DNA of 64,000 nucleotides from Acetobacteraceae bacterium (GTDB lineage: Bacteria; Pseudomonadota; Alphaproteobacteria; Acetobacterales; Acetobacteraceae), in assembly GCA_965198915.1 (NCBI GenBank), contig CBDAQC010000002.1:1053284-1117283 (forward strand), in the 5' to 3' direction. Below the pieces are notes generated by a model. The model saw only the letters and a program-made list of their open reading frames with translations. It searched no databases and was not told the DNA's origin. The position numbers and the translations under genes were made by a program. This document shows, piece by piece, positions 45,979 to 55,057 of the stretch; within the stretch, counting starts at the first letter, position 1; each line of letters begins with the position of its first letter.

Positions 45979-47456
45979 GAGGGGGGATACACCGTATGGG
46001 GAGGAGCCGTGAGAACGGGGCCGGACCAGCCACCGCCCAGAGCCTTATATAGCGAAACCACCGCTTCGAAGCGTGCGATGCGGACCTGCGCCAGCGTGTC
46101 CTGGTCACCGAAAAGCGTCGTCTGCGTGTTCAGCACGGTGACGATGTCGATCGTGCCGACACTGAGCTGGGCGCGCGCGATGTCGAGCGAGCGCTGGGCG
46201 GTGCGCACCGCCTCGGCTTCCAGCGCTTCCTGCGCGGCGGCGTAGCTCACCTGGGTCAGTGCCGTTTCGGTGTCGTTCAGCGCCTGCAGCACCGCCTTTG
46301 CGTAGTCGGCGGCCAATTCCTTGTAGCGGCCCTTCGCCTCGCCCAGCGTGCCGGCTTTGGCGCCGTTGTCGAAGATCGTCTGGGTCAGCTGACTTACCAG
46401 ACTGGCCACCACCGTGCCGGGCCCGGTGATCGTGGACAGCGCCAGGCTGGACAGCCCGCCCGAGGCGGTGATCTGCAGGGAGGGGAAGAAGCTCGCAACG
46501 TCCTGCCTCACCGTCTGGTTCTGCGCCACCAGCTGGGCCTCGGCGCTCTCCACGTCCGGGCGCCGGCGCAACAGGTCGGACGGCAGGCCGGGCGCCACTT
46601 CCGGCAGATGCAGGCTCACCAGCGGCTTGGGGTCGATCACGATGCGCTCGGGCGGAATGCCCACCAATATGCCGAGCGCGATCCGCTCCTGCTCGTAGCT
46701 GCTCTGCAATGACGGTATCTGCGCGCGGTAGCCGGCCACCAGCGCCTCCTGCTGGCTCACATCCAGCAGGCTGGCGGTGCCAACCGCGAGCCGCCCGCGA
46801 TAATAGGCCAGCACGTCCAGGGACGATTTCAGATTGCCCTGGGCGATCACCAGCCGGTCCCGGTAGCCGGCCGCCTGGAAATAGGTGGTGGCAATCGAGC
46901 TCGAGGTGGTCAGCCACACCGTCTGCGCATCGAACCGGCTGTATAGCGCCAGCGCGCGGGCGTTGCGCAGCGCGTCCAGGTTCATCCCCCAAAAATCCAC
47001 CTGGTAGGAGGCGTTCAGCTCGGCGGAGTAGATACGCGTGTCGGTATAGGTGGCGCCGCCGCCGAACAGCGTGGCGAAGGCAGGCGGCAGCCCGGCCGTG
47101 CTGAGCGACGTCTGGCTGCCTGTACGCTGGTAGTTCTGCGTCGCCGTGCCGGTGATCCCCGGCAGCAGCGGACTGCCGGCGACGCGCGCCGCCTGGTCCG
47201 CCTGCACGATGCGCGCGGCCGCCGCCTGCACGTCCAGGCTTGCCACTGCCGCCTGTTCGATCAGCCTGTCCAGTTCCGGCACCCCGAAATTGCGCCACCA
47301 GTCGGTGGGCGGCACCTGGGCCATCGGTGGCACCTGACGTGGGCTGGTGAACGCGGCTGGCACGTCCAGCGCGGGCCGGTGGTAGCGCGGCCCTACACCG
47401 CAGCCGGCGACGGCCAGGACCGCGAGCAGCGCTCCGGCACGACGTTTTGGGGACAT
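45975..47456 (-). CDS. Efflux outer-membrane factor lipoprotein (NodT/TolC family)
   Basis: Lipobox VAGC, DWWRNFG, PSDLLRRRPDVESAE, YKALGGGW. Its stop overlaps the MFP start. Confidence 0.92.
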   Translation of the reverse strand: MSPKRRAGALLAVLAVAGCGVGPRYHRPALDVPAAFTSPRQVPPMAQVPPTDWWRNFGVPELDRLIEQAAVASLDVQAAAARIVQADQAARVAGSPLLPGITGTATQNYQRTGSQTSLSTAGLPPAFATLFGGGATYTDTRIYSAELNASYQVDFWGMNLDALRNARALALYSRFDAQTVWLTTSSSIATTYFQAAGYRDRLVIAQGNLKSSLDVLAYYRGRLAVGTASLLDVSQQEALVAGYRAQIPSLQSSYEQERIALGILVGIPPERIVIDPKPLVSLHLPEVAPGLPSDLLRRRPDVESAEAQLVAQNQTVRQDVASFFPSLQITASGGLSSLALSTITGPGTVVASLVSQLTQTIFDNGAKAGTLGEAKGRYKELAADYAKAVLQALNDTETALTQVSYAAAQEALEAEAVRTAQRSLDIARAQLSVGTIDIVTVLNTQTTLFGDQDTLAQVRIARFEAVVSLYKALGGGWSGPVLTAPPHTVYPPS

Positions 47457-47574
47457 GGAGGTGATTTACGTAGGTTGCCGGGATCACGCAATTGGGAGTG
47501 CGTGAAAAGCCGGAAAGGCTTTCGTCTTTGTCCGCGGCCGAAGATTTCGTCGGGTGCCTACAAGAAAGTAAGAG

Positions 47575-47630
47575 AGCGGTTTTTTTAAGAACCAAAAACT
47601 TTGTCTCTGTTCGGTGCGCGTTGCTGCGGA
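47575..47630. repeat. Family-1 repeat remnant
   Basis: GCGGTTTTTTTAAGAACCAAAAACTTTGTCTCTGTTCGGTGCGCGTTGC resembles the arm plus spacer of the 6727 copy. Confidence 0.55.
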
Positions 47631-47734
47631 AACGTAAGTACGTGGGCCGCGGGCATTGCTGCGGCAGCTTCGCTTTGGTCCACAGCCGGAAACGCTCTAT
47701 ACGATTGTTCCCCCCGGAGCACCCTCACCCGACC

Positions 47735-48454
47735 ATGCCCGCCACCGCGCATCGTTTTCAAGGCGAACACCTCCTGCTCGACCCTGCCGGCCTGCTCATC
47801 TGGCCGGCGCAGTCGCTGCTCGCGGTGGCGGACCTCCATCTGGAAAAAGGCACCGCTGCGGCAGCGATCGGTCAGCTCGTGCCGCCCTGGGACACCGCGC
47901 AGACCCTGGCCAGACTGGCCGCCGCGATTGCCCTGTATCGCCCGACCACCATCGTGGCCGTGGGTGACAGCTTCCACGACGCCCATGCCGCCACACGCCT
48001 CTCGGTGATCGACCACGCCGTGCTGACCGCGTTGACGCACCGCGCCCGGTTCGTCTGGATACATGGCAACCACGATCCCCACCCGCCCGAAGGATTGCTG
48101 GGCCACAGCGCACCGGAGTTCACCGCCGGCCCGATCACCTTCCGCCACCAGACCGACTCACGCACACAGGGTGAAATCAGCGGCCACTTCCACCCGAAGG
48201 CCCGGGTGCAGACGCGCGCCACCACCATCGCGCGGCCCTGCTTCATGGCCGATCCGTCGCGCATCATCCTGCCGTCCTTCGGCGCCTATACCGGCGGGCT
48301 GGACATACTTGCCCCGGCCATCACCCGGCACTTCCCACGCGGCGGCCAGGCTTTCCTGCTGGGCCAGACCCGCCTGTTCACCTTCGACGTACCCGCGCCC
48401 AGCCCCCCGGCGGCAAAGCTTGCCCCTGCAGCGCGCCCACACAAATCCGGCTGA
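47735..48454 (+). CDS. pdeM: Ligase-associated DNA damage response endonuclease (metallophosphoesterase)
   Basis: VADLHLEKG, VGDSFHD, IHGNHDP, FRH, ISGHFHPK, ILPSFGAYTGGL. ATG at 47735. Confidence 0.88.
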   Translation: MPATAHRFQGEHLLLDPAGLLIWPAQSLLAVADLHLEKGTAAAAIGQLVPPWDTAQTLARLAAAIALYRPTTIVAVGDSFHDAHAATRLSVIDHAVLTALTHRARFVWIHGNHDPHPPEGLLGHSAPEFTAGPITFRHQTDSRTQGEISGHFHPKARVQTRATTIARPCFMADPSRIILPSFGAYTGGLDILAPAITRHFPRGGQAFLLGQTRLFTFDVPAPSPPAAKLAPAARPHKSG

Positions 48455-49875
48455 TGCCCGACACAACCATCCTCTGGTTCCGCCAGGACCTCCGCCTGGC
48501 CGACAACCCCGCGCTGACCGCCGCGCTCGCCGGCCAGGCGCGCATCCTGCCCATCTACATCCTGGACGACAGCCAGGCCTGGCCGATCGGCGGCGCCGGG
48601 CGCTGGTGGCTGCACCACAGCCTGGCCGCCCTCGCAGCCAGCCTGGCCAGGCACAAGGCGCGCCTCATCCTGCGCCGCGGCAACCCCGCGCTGATACTGC
48701 CGGCCCTGGCAACGGAGCTGGGCACGGCGGCGATACATGCGGGCATCGCCCACGAACCCGCCTGGCGGGCAGCCGACACGGCGGTGGCGGCCGCCTTGCC
48801 GGCTGCGACACGGTTGGTCCTGCACCGCACCGCCACGCTGATCGACCCGGACCGGATACGCAGCAAGACCAACACGGTATACGGCATGTACTCTCCGTTC
48901 GCGCGCGCGGTCGAAGCGCTCGGCGAGCCGGCCGATCCGCTTCCCGCACCGGCCAGGATCCCCAGTACCACCGCCGCATCCGACAGGCTGGAAGACTGGC
49001 ACCTGCTGCCCACCCACCCGGATTGGGCCGGCGGGCTGCGCGCGCTGTGGACCCCTGGCGAGCAGGCGGCCGAAGCGCGGCTGCGGCATTTCGTGAGCGG
49101 GAGCGTCACGCGCTACGGCACCGGGCGGAACCTGCCCGGCGAGGACGGCACGTCCATGCTCTCCCCCCATTTGCATTGGGGCGAGATCTCGCCGCGCACC
49201 GTCTGGCACGCCAGCCGCACGGAGGCAGACACGCCGGACCACCACACATACCGCCGCGAGCTCATCTGGCGCGACTTCTCGGCCTATCTCCTCTGGCACA
49301 ATCCCACCCTGCCGGAAGCACCGCTTCGTCCGGCCTTCGCCCGGCTGGCGTTCCGCAAGGACGCGCGGGAGCTGGATGCCTGGCATCACGGTCGCACCGG
49401 CGTGCCCATCGTGGATGCCGGCATGCGCCAGCTCTGGCAGACCGGCTGGATGCACAACCGCGTCCGCATGATCGCCGCCAGCTTCCTGGTGAAGCATTTG
49501 CTGATCTCCTGGCAGGACGGCGAAGCCTGGTTCTGGGACACGCTTGTGGATGCCGACCTGGCCAGCAATGCCGCGAGCTGGCAATGGATTGCGGGAACCG
49601 GAATAGACAGCCAGCCGTTCTTCCGCGTGTTCAATCCGGTCACCCAGGGTCAGAAGTTCGATGCCGATGGCGCCTACGTACGACGCTTCGTTCCCGAACT
49701 CGCGGCGTTGCCGGACCGCTTCCTGCATGCGCCGTGGACGGCCCCGGCGCAGGAACTCGCCCGGGCTGGCGTGACCCTGGGCGAGACCTACCCGGAGCCG
49801 ATCGTGGAGCTGGCAGCGGGGCGTAACCGCGCGCTGGATGTCTATCGCCGAACCGTCAAAGACCAGGCCAAGTGA
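48454..49875 (+). CDS. CPD photolyase (class III/PhrA-like cryptochrome-photolyase)
   Basis: LWFRQDLRLADNPAL, TSMLSPHLHWGEIS, TGVPIVDAGMRQLWQTGWMHNRVRM, DADLASN...WQW, FRVFNP. TGATG overlap with pdeM. Confidence 0.95.
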   Translation: MPDTTILWFRQDLRLADNPALTAALAGQARILPIYILDDSQAWPIGGAGRWWLHHSLAALAASLARHKARLILRRGNPALILPALATELGTAAIHAGIAHEPAWRAADTAVAAALPAATRLVLHRTATLIDPDRIRSKTNTVYGMYSPFARAVEALGEPADPLPAPARIPSTTAASDRLEDWHLLPTHPDWAGGLRALWTPGEQAAEARLRHFVSGSVTRYGTGRNLPGEDGTSMLSPHLHWGEISPRTVWHASRTEADTPDHHTYRRELIWRDFSAYLLWHNPTLPEAPLRPAFARLAFRKDARELDAWHHGRTGVPIVDAGMRQLWQTGWMHNRVRMIAASFLVKHLLISWQDGEAWFWDTLVDADLASNAASWQWIAGTGIDSQPFFRVFNPVTQGQKFDADGAYVRRFVPELAALPDRFLHAPWTAPAQELARAGVTLGETYPEPIVELAAGRNRALDVYRRTVKDQAK

Positions 49876-50573
49876 ACGCCGTCTCCGACATCGGCCTTGC
49901 CACCCAGATACCGCTCGACCGCCCCCTGCGCATCGTGGGTGACGTGCATGGCGACCAGCGCGCCTTCGCCTTCGCGGCCGACACCGACCGTTTCGTCATC
50001 CAGCTCGGCGACCTGATCGACGCGGGGCCCGACAGCGCCGGCGCCCTTCGCCTGATGTTCCGCCTGATCGACGAGGGGCGCGGACTGTTCCTCGTCGGCA
50101 ACCATGACCGCAAGCTGGGCCGCGCGCTGCGCGGCGAACGCGTGCGTGGCGGCCCGCAACTGGAGGCCACCATGGCCGCACTCGATCCCGAACTGCGCGC
50201 GCGCGCGCTGGCGGAGCTGGAGCGCGCGCCGGCCTGGATCGTCCACGACCACCGCTTCTTCGTCCACGCCGCCTTCCACACCGGCATGCTCGCCAATCCG
50301 CCGCCCGATCCGCTCGGGCCGGTGAACCCGCTGCTCTCGCGCGCCCTGTTCGGCGAGACGACCGGCCGCACTCAGCCTGACGGCTTCCCAGAGCGGCTGC
50401 TGCGCTGGGTGAACCACATCCCGGCCGGCATGACAGTCTATTGCGGCCACGACCAGCGCAGCCGCGACGGACGGCCCTGGGTGACGCATGGTGAGAATGG
50501 CGGCACGGCGATGTTCATGGATACCGGTGCGGGCAAGGGCGGGCACTTGAGCTGGATCGATCTGGATCCGTAA
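49872..50573 (+). CDS. Stand-alone metallophosphoesterase, PrpE/Pnkp-phosphatase-like
   Basis: IVGDVHG, LGDLIDAGPDS, GNHDRKL, VHAA, ALFGETTG..QPDGFP.R, YCGHD, MDTGAGKGG. GTGA overlap with the photolyase stop. Confidence 0.8.
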   Translation: MNAVSDIGLATQIPLDRPLRIVGDVHGDQRAFAFAADTDRFVIQLGDLIDAGPDSAGALRLMFRLIDEGRGLFLVGNHDRKLGRALRGERVRGGPQLEATMAALDPELRARALAELERAPAWIVHDHRFFVHAAFHTGMLANPPPDPLGPVNPLLSRALFGETTGRTQPDGFPERLLRWVNHIPAGMTVYCGHDQRSRDGRPWVTHGENGGTAMFMDTGAGKGGHLSWIDLDP

Positions 50574-50574
50574 G

Positions 50575-50710
50575 CGAGGCAGCTAGACCCTCTTCTCTGA
50601 AGGCAAGAGACAGAAGACTTCTGCTCCGCGGAGGCGCGGCCGGCCCGGAATTCCGCCGGCAGCGGATGAAGGTTTCCTGGTTTTATTTTCAGGAAGAAGC
50701 TGCTTTCCTG
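50575..50710. repeat. Family-1 doublet, strongly degenerate
   Basis: CTCTTCTCTGAAGGCAAGAGACAGAAGACTTCTGCTCCGC ... GGTTTTATTTTCAGGAAGAAGCTGCTTTCC. Confidence 0.45.
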
Positions 50711-50778
50711 CTTTTTGCTTTGCCGCGTTTTACCGCGATGGCGTAACTTTGCGGGATTCCAGCGGAGACACAACAAGC

Positions 50779-52515
50779 ATGAAGCGCGCAGCCCTTCTCG
50801 CCAGCGTTTTCCTGTGCACGGCCAACGCACACGCCGCGAACCTTCCCGCCGTCGTCAGCCGCGGCATCACCGATCTCGGCCGCGCCGCACCGGATACGCA
50901 GATACATCTTGCAATCACGCTCGCCTACCGCGACCAAGCCGGGCTCGACGCTTTCGTGCAGGCCGTGGGCACGCCAGGCTCTCCGCAATACCGGCAGTAT
51001 TTGACCGCGGAACAATTCAACGCGCGCTTCGCACCGTCGCCGGAAGACTACGCCGGGGTGGTGGCGGCCCTTCAGCGCGCCGGCCTGCAGATCGTGCAGA
51101 CCTATGAGAACCGCACAGTCATCGACGTTGCCGGCAGCGCGCAGGCCGTGGACGCCTATTTCGCCACCGAAATCCATAGCGTGGCACAGGCCGGCCATGG
51201 CACGCGCTACGCGAACCTGACCCCGGCCACCATGCCGGCCGAGCTTGCCGGCACCGTACGCACCATACTGGGCCTGGACAACATCGTCCGGCTGCATCCG
51301 CTGAACAGGCGCGTGGCCAGGGTGCCGCAGGGCAAGCCGGATGCCACCGCCGCCGCCCAGCCGATCGAGCGCACCACCGGCGGCAGTTTTGCCGGCATCT
51401 ACCCGGGCGGCATCGCGGCGGCCTACAAATTCCCCTCGCTGTCCGGCACCACAGGCACCGGCCACGGCATCGGCATCGTCATCGATTCCGACATCGCGAA
51501 CGCGGACCTGTCCACCTTCTGGACGGCGGCCGGCGTGAAGCGCACTGGCACGTTCACCCGCGTCCTCGTCAACGGCACCAATCCGGGCGTCAACGCCGAC
51601 GTGGGCGAGACGGCTATCGATACAGAGACGACCTCCGGCCTCAATCCGGGCTCCAACATCACGCTCTACCTGGTCAGCTCGCTGGACGACACGCCGATCG
51701 AGGACGCCTACAACCAGGCGGTTTCCGCCCATGTGGTGGACGTGGTCAGTTCCAGCTTCGGCGGCTGTGAGCCGGACGACACACCGTTTGCCACGGCTAC
51801 CAACATGATCGCCGAACAGGGTGCCGCCAAAGGCATCACGTTCACCGCTTCCTCCGGAGACGCCGGTGGCGATTGCGAGGACGAGACGGCCGCGGGCAAA
51901 GTCTACTACGAGCCCGACATCGTCAGCACGCCTTCGGCCGATCCGTATTTCGTGGCGGTCGGCGGCACCACGCTGAAGATCAACGCGAGCACCGGCGCCC
52001 GCACGTCGGAGACCGCCTGGAGCCCCGGCGGTGCCAATGGCGGCGGTGGTGGCGGCGTCTCCAGCTTCTGGGCGCTGCCCAGCTACCAGACAGGTGTCAC
52101 CGGCATTGCCGTGGTGCCGACGATCACCGCCAAGCCGCCCGACAGCCAGCCCAAAAGCGGCTTCAAGGGCCGCAACGTGCCGGACATCTCCATGGACGCC
52201 AGCAACGCCACAGGCTCCTACGTTGCGGTGTACGACACGCCCGATGGCGGCTGGACGGGCTACGGCGGCACGTCGGTCGCAAACCCGATCTTCGCCGCCC
52301 TGGTGGCACAGCAGAACGAGAAGACCGGCACCGCCGCCGGTTTTCTCAACACCGCGCTCTACGCCACCTACACGGCGAACGGCACCAAGCCGGCCGGCGT
52401 GTACGGGACGGATTTCTACGACGTGAAGACCGGCAGCATAGGTGCGGGCTGGTCGGCGAAGACGGGCTTCGACCAGGCGACGGGAATCGGCACGATCTTG
52501 GACGGCGCGTTTTAG
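50779..52515 (+). CDS. Secreted S53 (sedolisin/kumamolisin) peptidase with pro-domain
   Basis: Signal peptide, pro-kumamolisin-like region (YLTAEQFNARFAP), catalytic E..D (GETAIDTE), oxyanion ASSGDAG, GRNVPDIS, GGTS nucleophile, FYDVKTG...DQATGIGT. Confidence 0.9.
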   Translation: MKRAALLASVFLCTANAHAANLPAVVSRGITDLGRAAPDTQIHLAITLAYRDQAGLDAFVQAVGTPGSPQYRQYLTAEQFNARFAPSPEDYAGVVAALQRAGLQIVQTYENRTVIDVAGSAQAVDAYFATEIHSVAQAGHGTRYANLTPATMPAELAGTVRTILGLDNIVRLHPLNRRVARVPQGKPDATAAAQPIERTTGGSFAGIYPGGIAAAYKFPSLSGTTGTGHGIGIVIDSDIANADLSTFWTAAGVKRTGTFTRVLVNGTNPGVNADVGETAIDTETTSGLNPGSNITLYLVSSLDDTPIEDAYNQAVSAHVVDVVSSSFGGCEPDDTPFATATNMIAEQGAAKGITFTASSGDAGGDCEDETAAGKVYYEPDIVSTPSADPYFVAVGGTTLKINASTGARTSETAWSPGGANGGGGGGVSSFWALPSYQTGVTGIAVVPTITAKPPDSQPKSGFKGRNVPDISMDASNATGSYVAVYDTPDGGWTGYGGTSVANPIFAALVAQQNEKTGTAAGFLNTALYATYTANGTKPAGVYGTDFYDVKTGSIGAGWSAKTGFDQATGIGTILDGAF

Positions 52516-52530
52516 AAAGTAAGTAAGCCA

Positions 52531-52669
52531 GGCCTTCTTTTTTGAAAAAAAGAAGCAAAAAACTTTTGTCTCTCCGCATCTGCACCAGCCGGGTGCTCCT
52601 GGAGATGCCGGGACGCTGCGGCGTCGGGGAACAAAAGTTTTTTGCTTCTTTTTTTCAAAAAAGAAGGCC
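52531..52669. repeat. Family-1 REPIN-like palindromic doublet (well conserved)
   Basis: GGCCTTCTTTTTTGAAAAAAAGAAGCAAAAAACTTTTG ... CAAAAGTTTTTTGCTTCTTTTTTTCAAAAAAGAAGGCC: near-perfect inverted arms. Confidence 0.9.
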
Positions 52670-52678
52670 TTGCTTCCT

Positions 52679-54232
52679 TCACTCCATCGAAACCCGCATC
52701 TCCGGCCCGTCCAGAAAAGCCGCCGCATTGCGCCGCATCGCCGCCACCTTGCCCGGATCCATCTTGGCGAGCGTGCGCAACGGCATCGCCACGCGCATGT
52801 TGCCCGCCAGCAGCTTCTCGTGCCGCGCGAAGAAATCCCAGTACAGGTAATTGAACGGGCAGGCATTGGCGCCCACCGCATCCTTCACGTCGTACAGGCA
52901 GCCTTTGCAGTAATCGCTCATCCGGTTGATGTAGGCGCCTGACGCCGCGTAGGGCTTGGAGCCGATGATGCCGCCATCGGCGAACAGCGCCATGCCCCGC
53001 ACGTTCGGCATCTCCACCCATTGATACGCGTCCGCATAGACGATCAGATACCACTCATCCACGTCGTCAGGATGCAGCCCGGCCAGCAGCGCGAAATTGC
53101 CGGTGATCATCAGGCGCTGGATGTGATGCGCGTAGGCGTGCGTCAGCGTGTCGGTAATGGCGTGGTGCAGGCAGTTCATCCGCGTCTTGCCGGTCCAGTA
53201 GAACCACGGCATGCGGCGCGTCGCCTGCAGCATGTTCTTGCCCGCGTATTCGGGCATGTTGGCCCAGTAGATGCCGCGCACGAACTCCCGCCACCCGAGT
53301 ATCTGCCGGATGAAGCCTTCCACCGCGTTCAGCTTCGCGTGCCCCGCGCGATACGCGGCCTCCGCCGCCTCGCAGATCTCGCGCGGCTGCAGCAGGCCGA
53401 GATTCAGGGAGGTGGAGACCAGCGCGTGAAACAGCACCGGCTCGCCGGCTTTCATCGCGTCCTGGAACGTGCCGAAGCTCGGCAGACGGTTGGCGATGAA
53501 GTCGGCCAGCGCCTCGCGCGCCTGCGCACCGGTGACGGGAAGCGCGAAATCGGCCGCACTACCGGCGTGGCTGGGAAATGCGTGCTCCACCAGTTCGATC
53601 ACCTCGCGTGTGATCGCGTCGGGCGGAAAGCGCGGCACCGGCGGGTTGGCCACCGTTTTCGGCAGGCTCGCGCGGTTCTCCACGTCGTAATTCCAGGCGC
53701 CACCCTCCGGCGCCTCGCCGTCCATTAGGAAGCCGTGCCGCCGGCGCATCTCACGGTAGAAGAACTCCATGCGCAGGCCGCGCCGGCCGCGTGCCCAGAA
53801 AATGAAATCCTGTATGCGGGCGAAGAAGCGCGTGTCGTCGCGTACGTCCACTTCCACGCCGGCCACTTCCTGCCAGTGCCGGAAATCCTCCGCCAACCGC
53901 CACTCACCAGGCTCGGTCACCACCACGCGCGCGCTGCCGTGCTTCGCCAGCGCCCGCAGCATCTCGCCGCGCAGGCTCTGCGTGTTGGCCGGATCGTCCA
54001 GCGTCACATAGTCCACCTGCACGCCGCGCGCCCGCAGGGCCTGGGCAAAATGCCGCATGCCGGACAGCACGAGCACGATCTTCTTCGCGTGGTGGCGCAC
54101 ATAGGTGCACTCGGCCTGCACTTCTGCCATCAGCACCACGTCGCGTGCCGGATCGAGGTCGCCGAGACTGGAAATGCCCGGGCTGAGCTGGTCGCCCAGG
54201 ATCACCCGCAACGTGCCACCAGCTTCGCTCAT
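52679..54232 (-). CDS. Fe-S bacterial cryptochrome/(6-4) photolyase, PhrB/CryB-like
   Basis: ILGDQL, YVRHHAKKI, FGTFQDAM, RQILGWREF, YAHHIQRLM, WVEMPNV, KPYAASGAYINRMSDYC. Four Fe-S Cys positions: MNC, YCKGC, ACPF. ATG at 54232. Confidence 0.93.
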   Translation of the reverse strand: MSEAGGTLRVILGDQLSPGISSLGDLDPARDVVLMAEVQAECTYVRHHAKKIVLVLSGMRHFAQALRARGVQVDYVTLDDPANTQSLRGEMLRALAKHGSARVVVTEPGEWRLAEDFRHWQEVAGVEVDVRDDTRFFARIQDFIFWARGRRGLRMEFFYREMRRRHGFLMDGEAPEGGAWNYDVENRASLPKTVANPPVPRFPPDAITREVIELVEHAFPSHAGSAADFALPVTGAQAREALADFIANRLPSFGTFQDAMKAGEPVLFHALVSTSLNLGLLQPREICEAAEAAYRAGHAKLNAVEGFIRQILGWREFVRGIYWANMPEYAGKNMLQATRRMPWFYWTGKTRMNCLHHAITDTLTHAYAHHIQRLMITGNFALLAGLHPDDVDEWYLIVYADAYQWVEMPNVRGMALFADGGIIGSKPYAASGAYINRMSDYCKGCLYDVKDAVGANACPFNYLYWDFFARHEKLLAGNMRVAMPLRTLAKMDPGKVAAMRRNAAAFLDGPEMRVSME

Positions 54233-54310
54233 GTTGCACTCCAAGCTTCGGGCGGCACATGGGGCGTCCAACCGGGTTCGCACGGGTCTTGCGGAGTGTT
54301 GACGAAGCAA

Positions 54311-54478
54311 GGCCGCCTTTTTTTAAAAAAGGGGCTGGGTTTTTGCCCGTTCACTGCTGCCGCGCCTTGGCTGTCCTGCGGCTGACGCTGCTGGGCAGAC
54401 GGAAATCAGCGAGTCGTCCCTACTCGCCGAGCCGCCGCGTGAAAAAGTTTTTGCTTCTTTACGCAAAAGAACGCCTTC
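54311..54478. repeat. Family-1 doublet, degenerate
   Basis: GGCCGCCTTTTTTTAAAAAAGGGG ... AAAAAGTTTTTGCTTCTTTACGCAAAAGAACGCC, between the divergent phrB-like and sixA genes. Confidence 0.7.
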
Positions 54479-54507
54479 CTTGCCGCGTCCGTGGTGTTCT
54501 CTCCGCA

Positions 54508-55050
54508 ATGCGTCAGCTCCTCCTTCTCCGCCATGCCAAGTCGTCCTGGGACGATGCCGCCCAGTCGGACCACGCTCGTCCGCTGAACCCGCGCGGCCGC
54601 AGTGCCGCCGCGGCGATGCGGGACGTCTTCCGCAACCTGAGCCTGGTGCCCGACGTGGTTCTGGTCTCCTCGGCACGGCGCACCCGGCAAACGCTGGACG
54701 CTTTGGCACCCTGGGACGAGACGCCGATCATCGAACCGATGGACGGCCTGTATCTCGCCTCGCCTGCCCACATCCTCGCGATCGTCTCCGGTGTGGCGGA
54801 AACCGTGCGCAGCCTGATGGTGGTGGGCCACAATCCCGGCCTGCACGAACTTGCGATGATACTGGCCGGCCCGCATGCTATGTCATCGCACGGTCACATG
54901 GCCCGCCAACTCGCCGAGGGCTTTCCAGCCGGCGCACTGGCGGAGTTCACCGTGGCAAACAGCTGGCACGCACTCGATCCGCAATCCGGCTCTGCCGAAG
55001 GCGCCGGACGCCTGGTCCGTTTCGTGCGGCCGCGAGACCTGTCGGAGTAG
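54508..55050 (+). CDS. sixA: SixA-like histidine phosphatase
   Basis: MRQLLLLRHAKSSW (RHA motif), DHARPLNPRG, SSARRTRQT, VGHNPGL. Confidence 0.88.
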   Translation: MRQLLLLRHAKSSWDDAAQSDHARPLNPRGRSAAAAMRDVFRNLSLVPDVVLVSSARRTRQTLDALAPWDETPIIEPMDGLYLASPAHILAIVSGVAETVRSLMVVGHNPGLHELAMILAGPHAMSSHGHMARQLAEGFPAGALAEFTVANSWHALDPQSGSAEGAGRLVRFVRPRDLSE

Positions 55051-55057
55051 TGTCGCC

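Noticed and set aside
47609-47623. GTTC-N7-GTTG upstream of pdeM as an alphaproteobacterial LexA box
   Set aside because: It has one mismatch and lies in repeat-derived sequence also seen, varied, in the 6727 copy. Too weak without conservation data.
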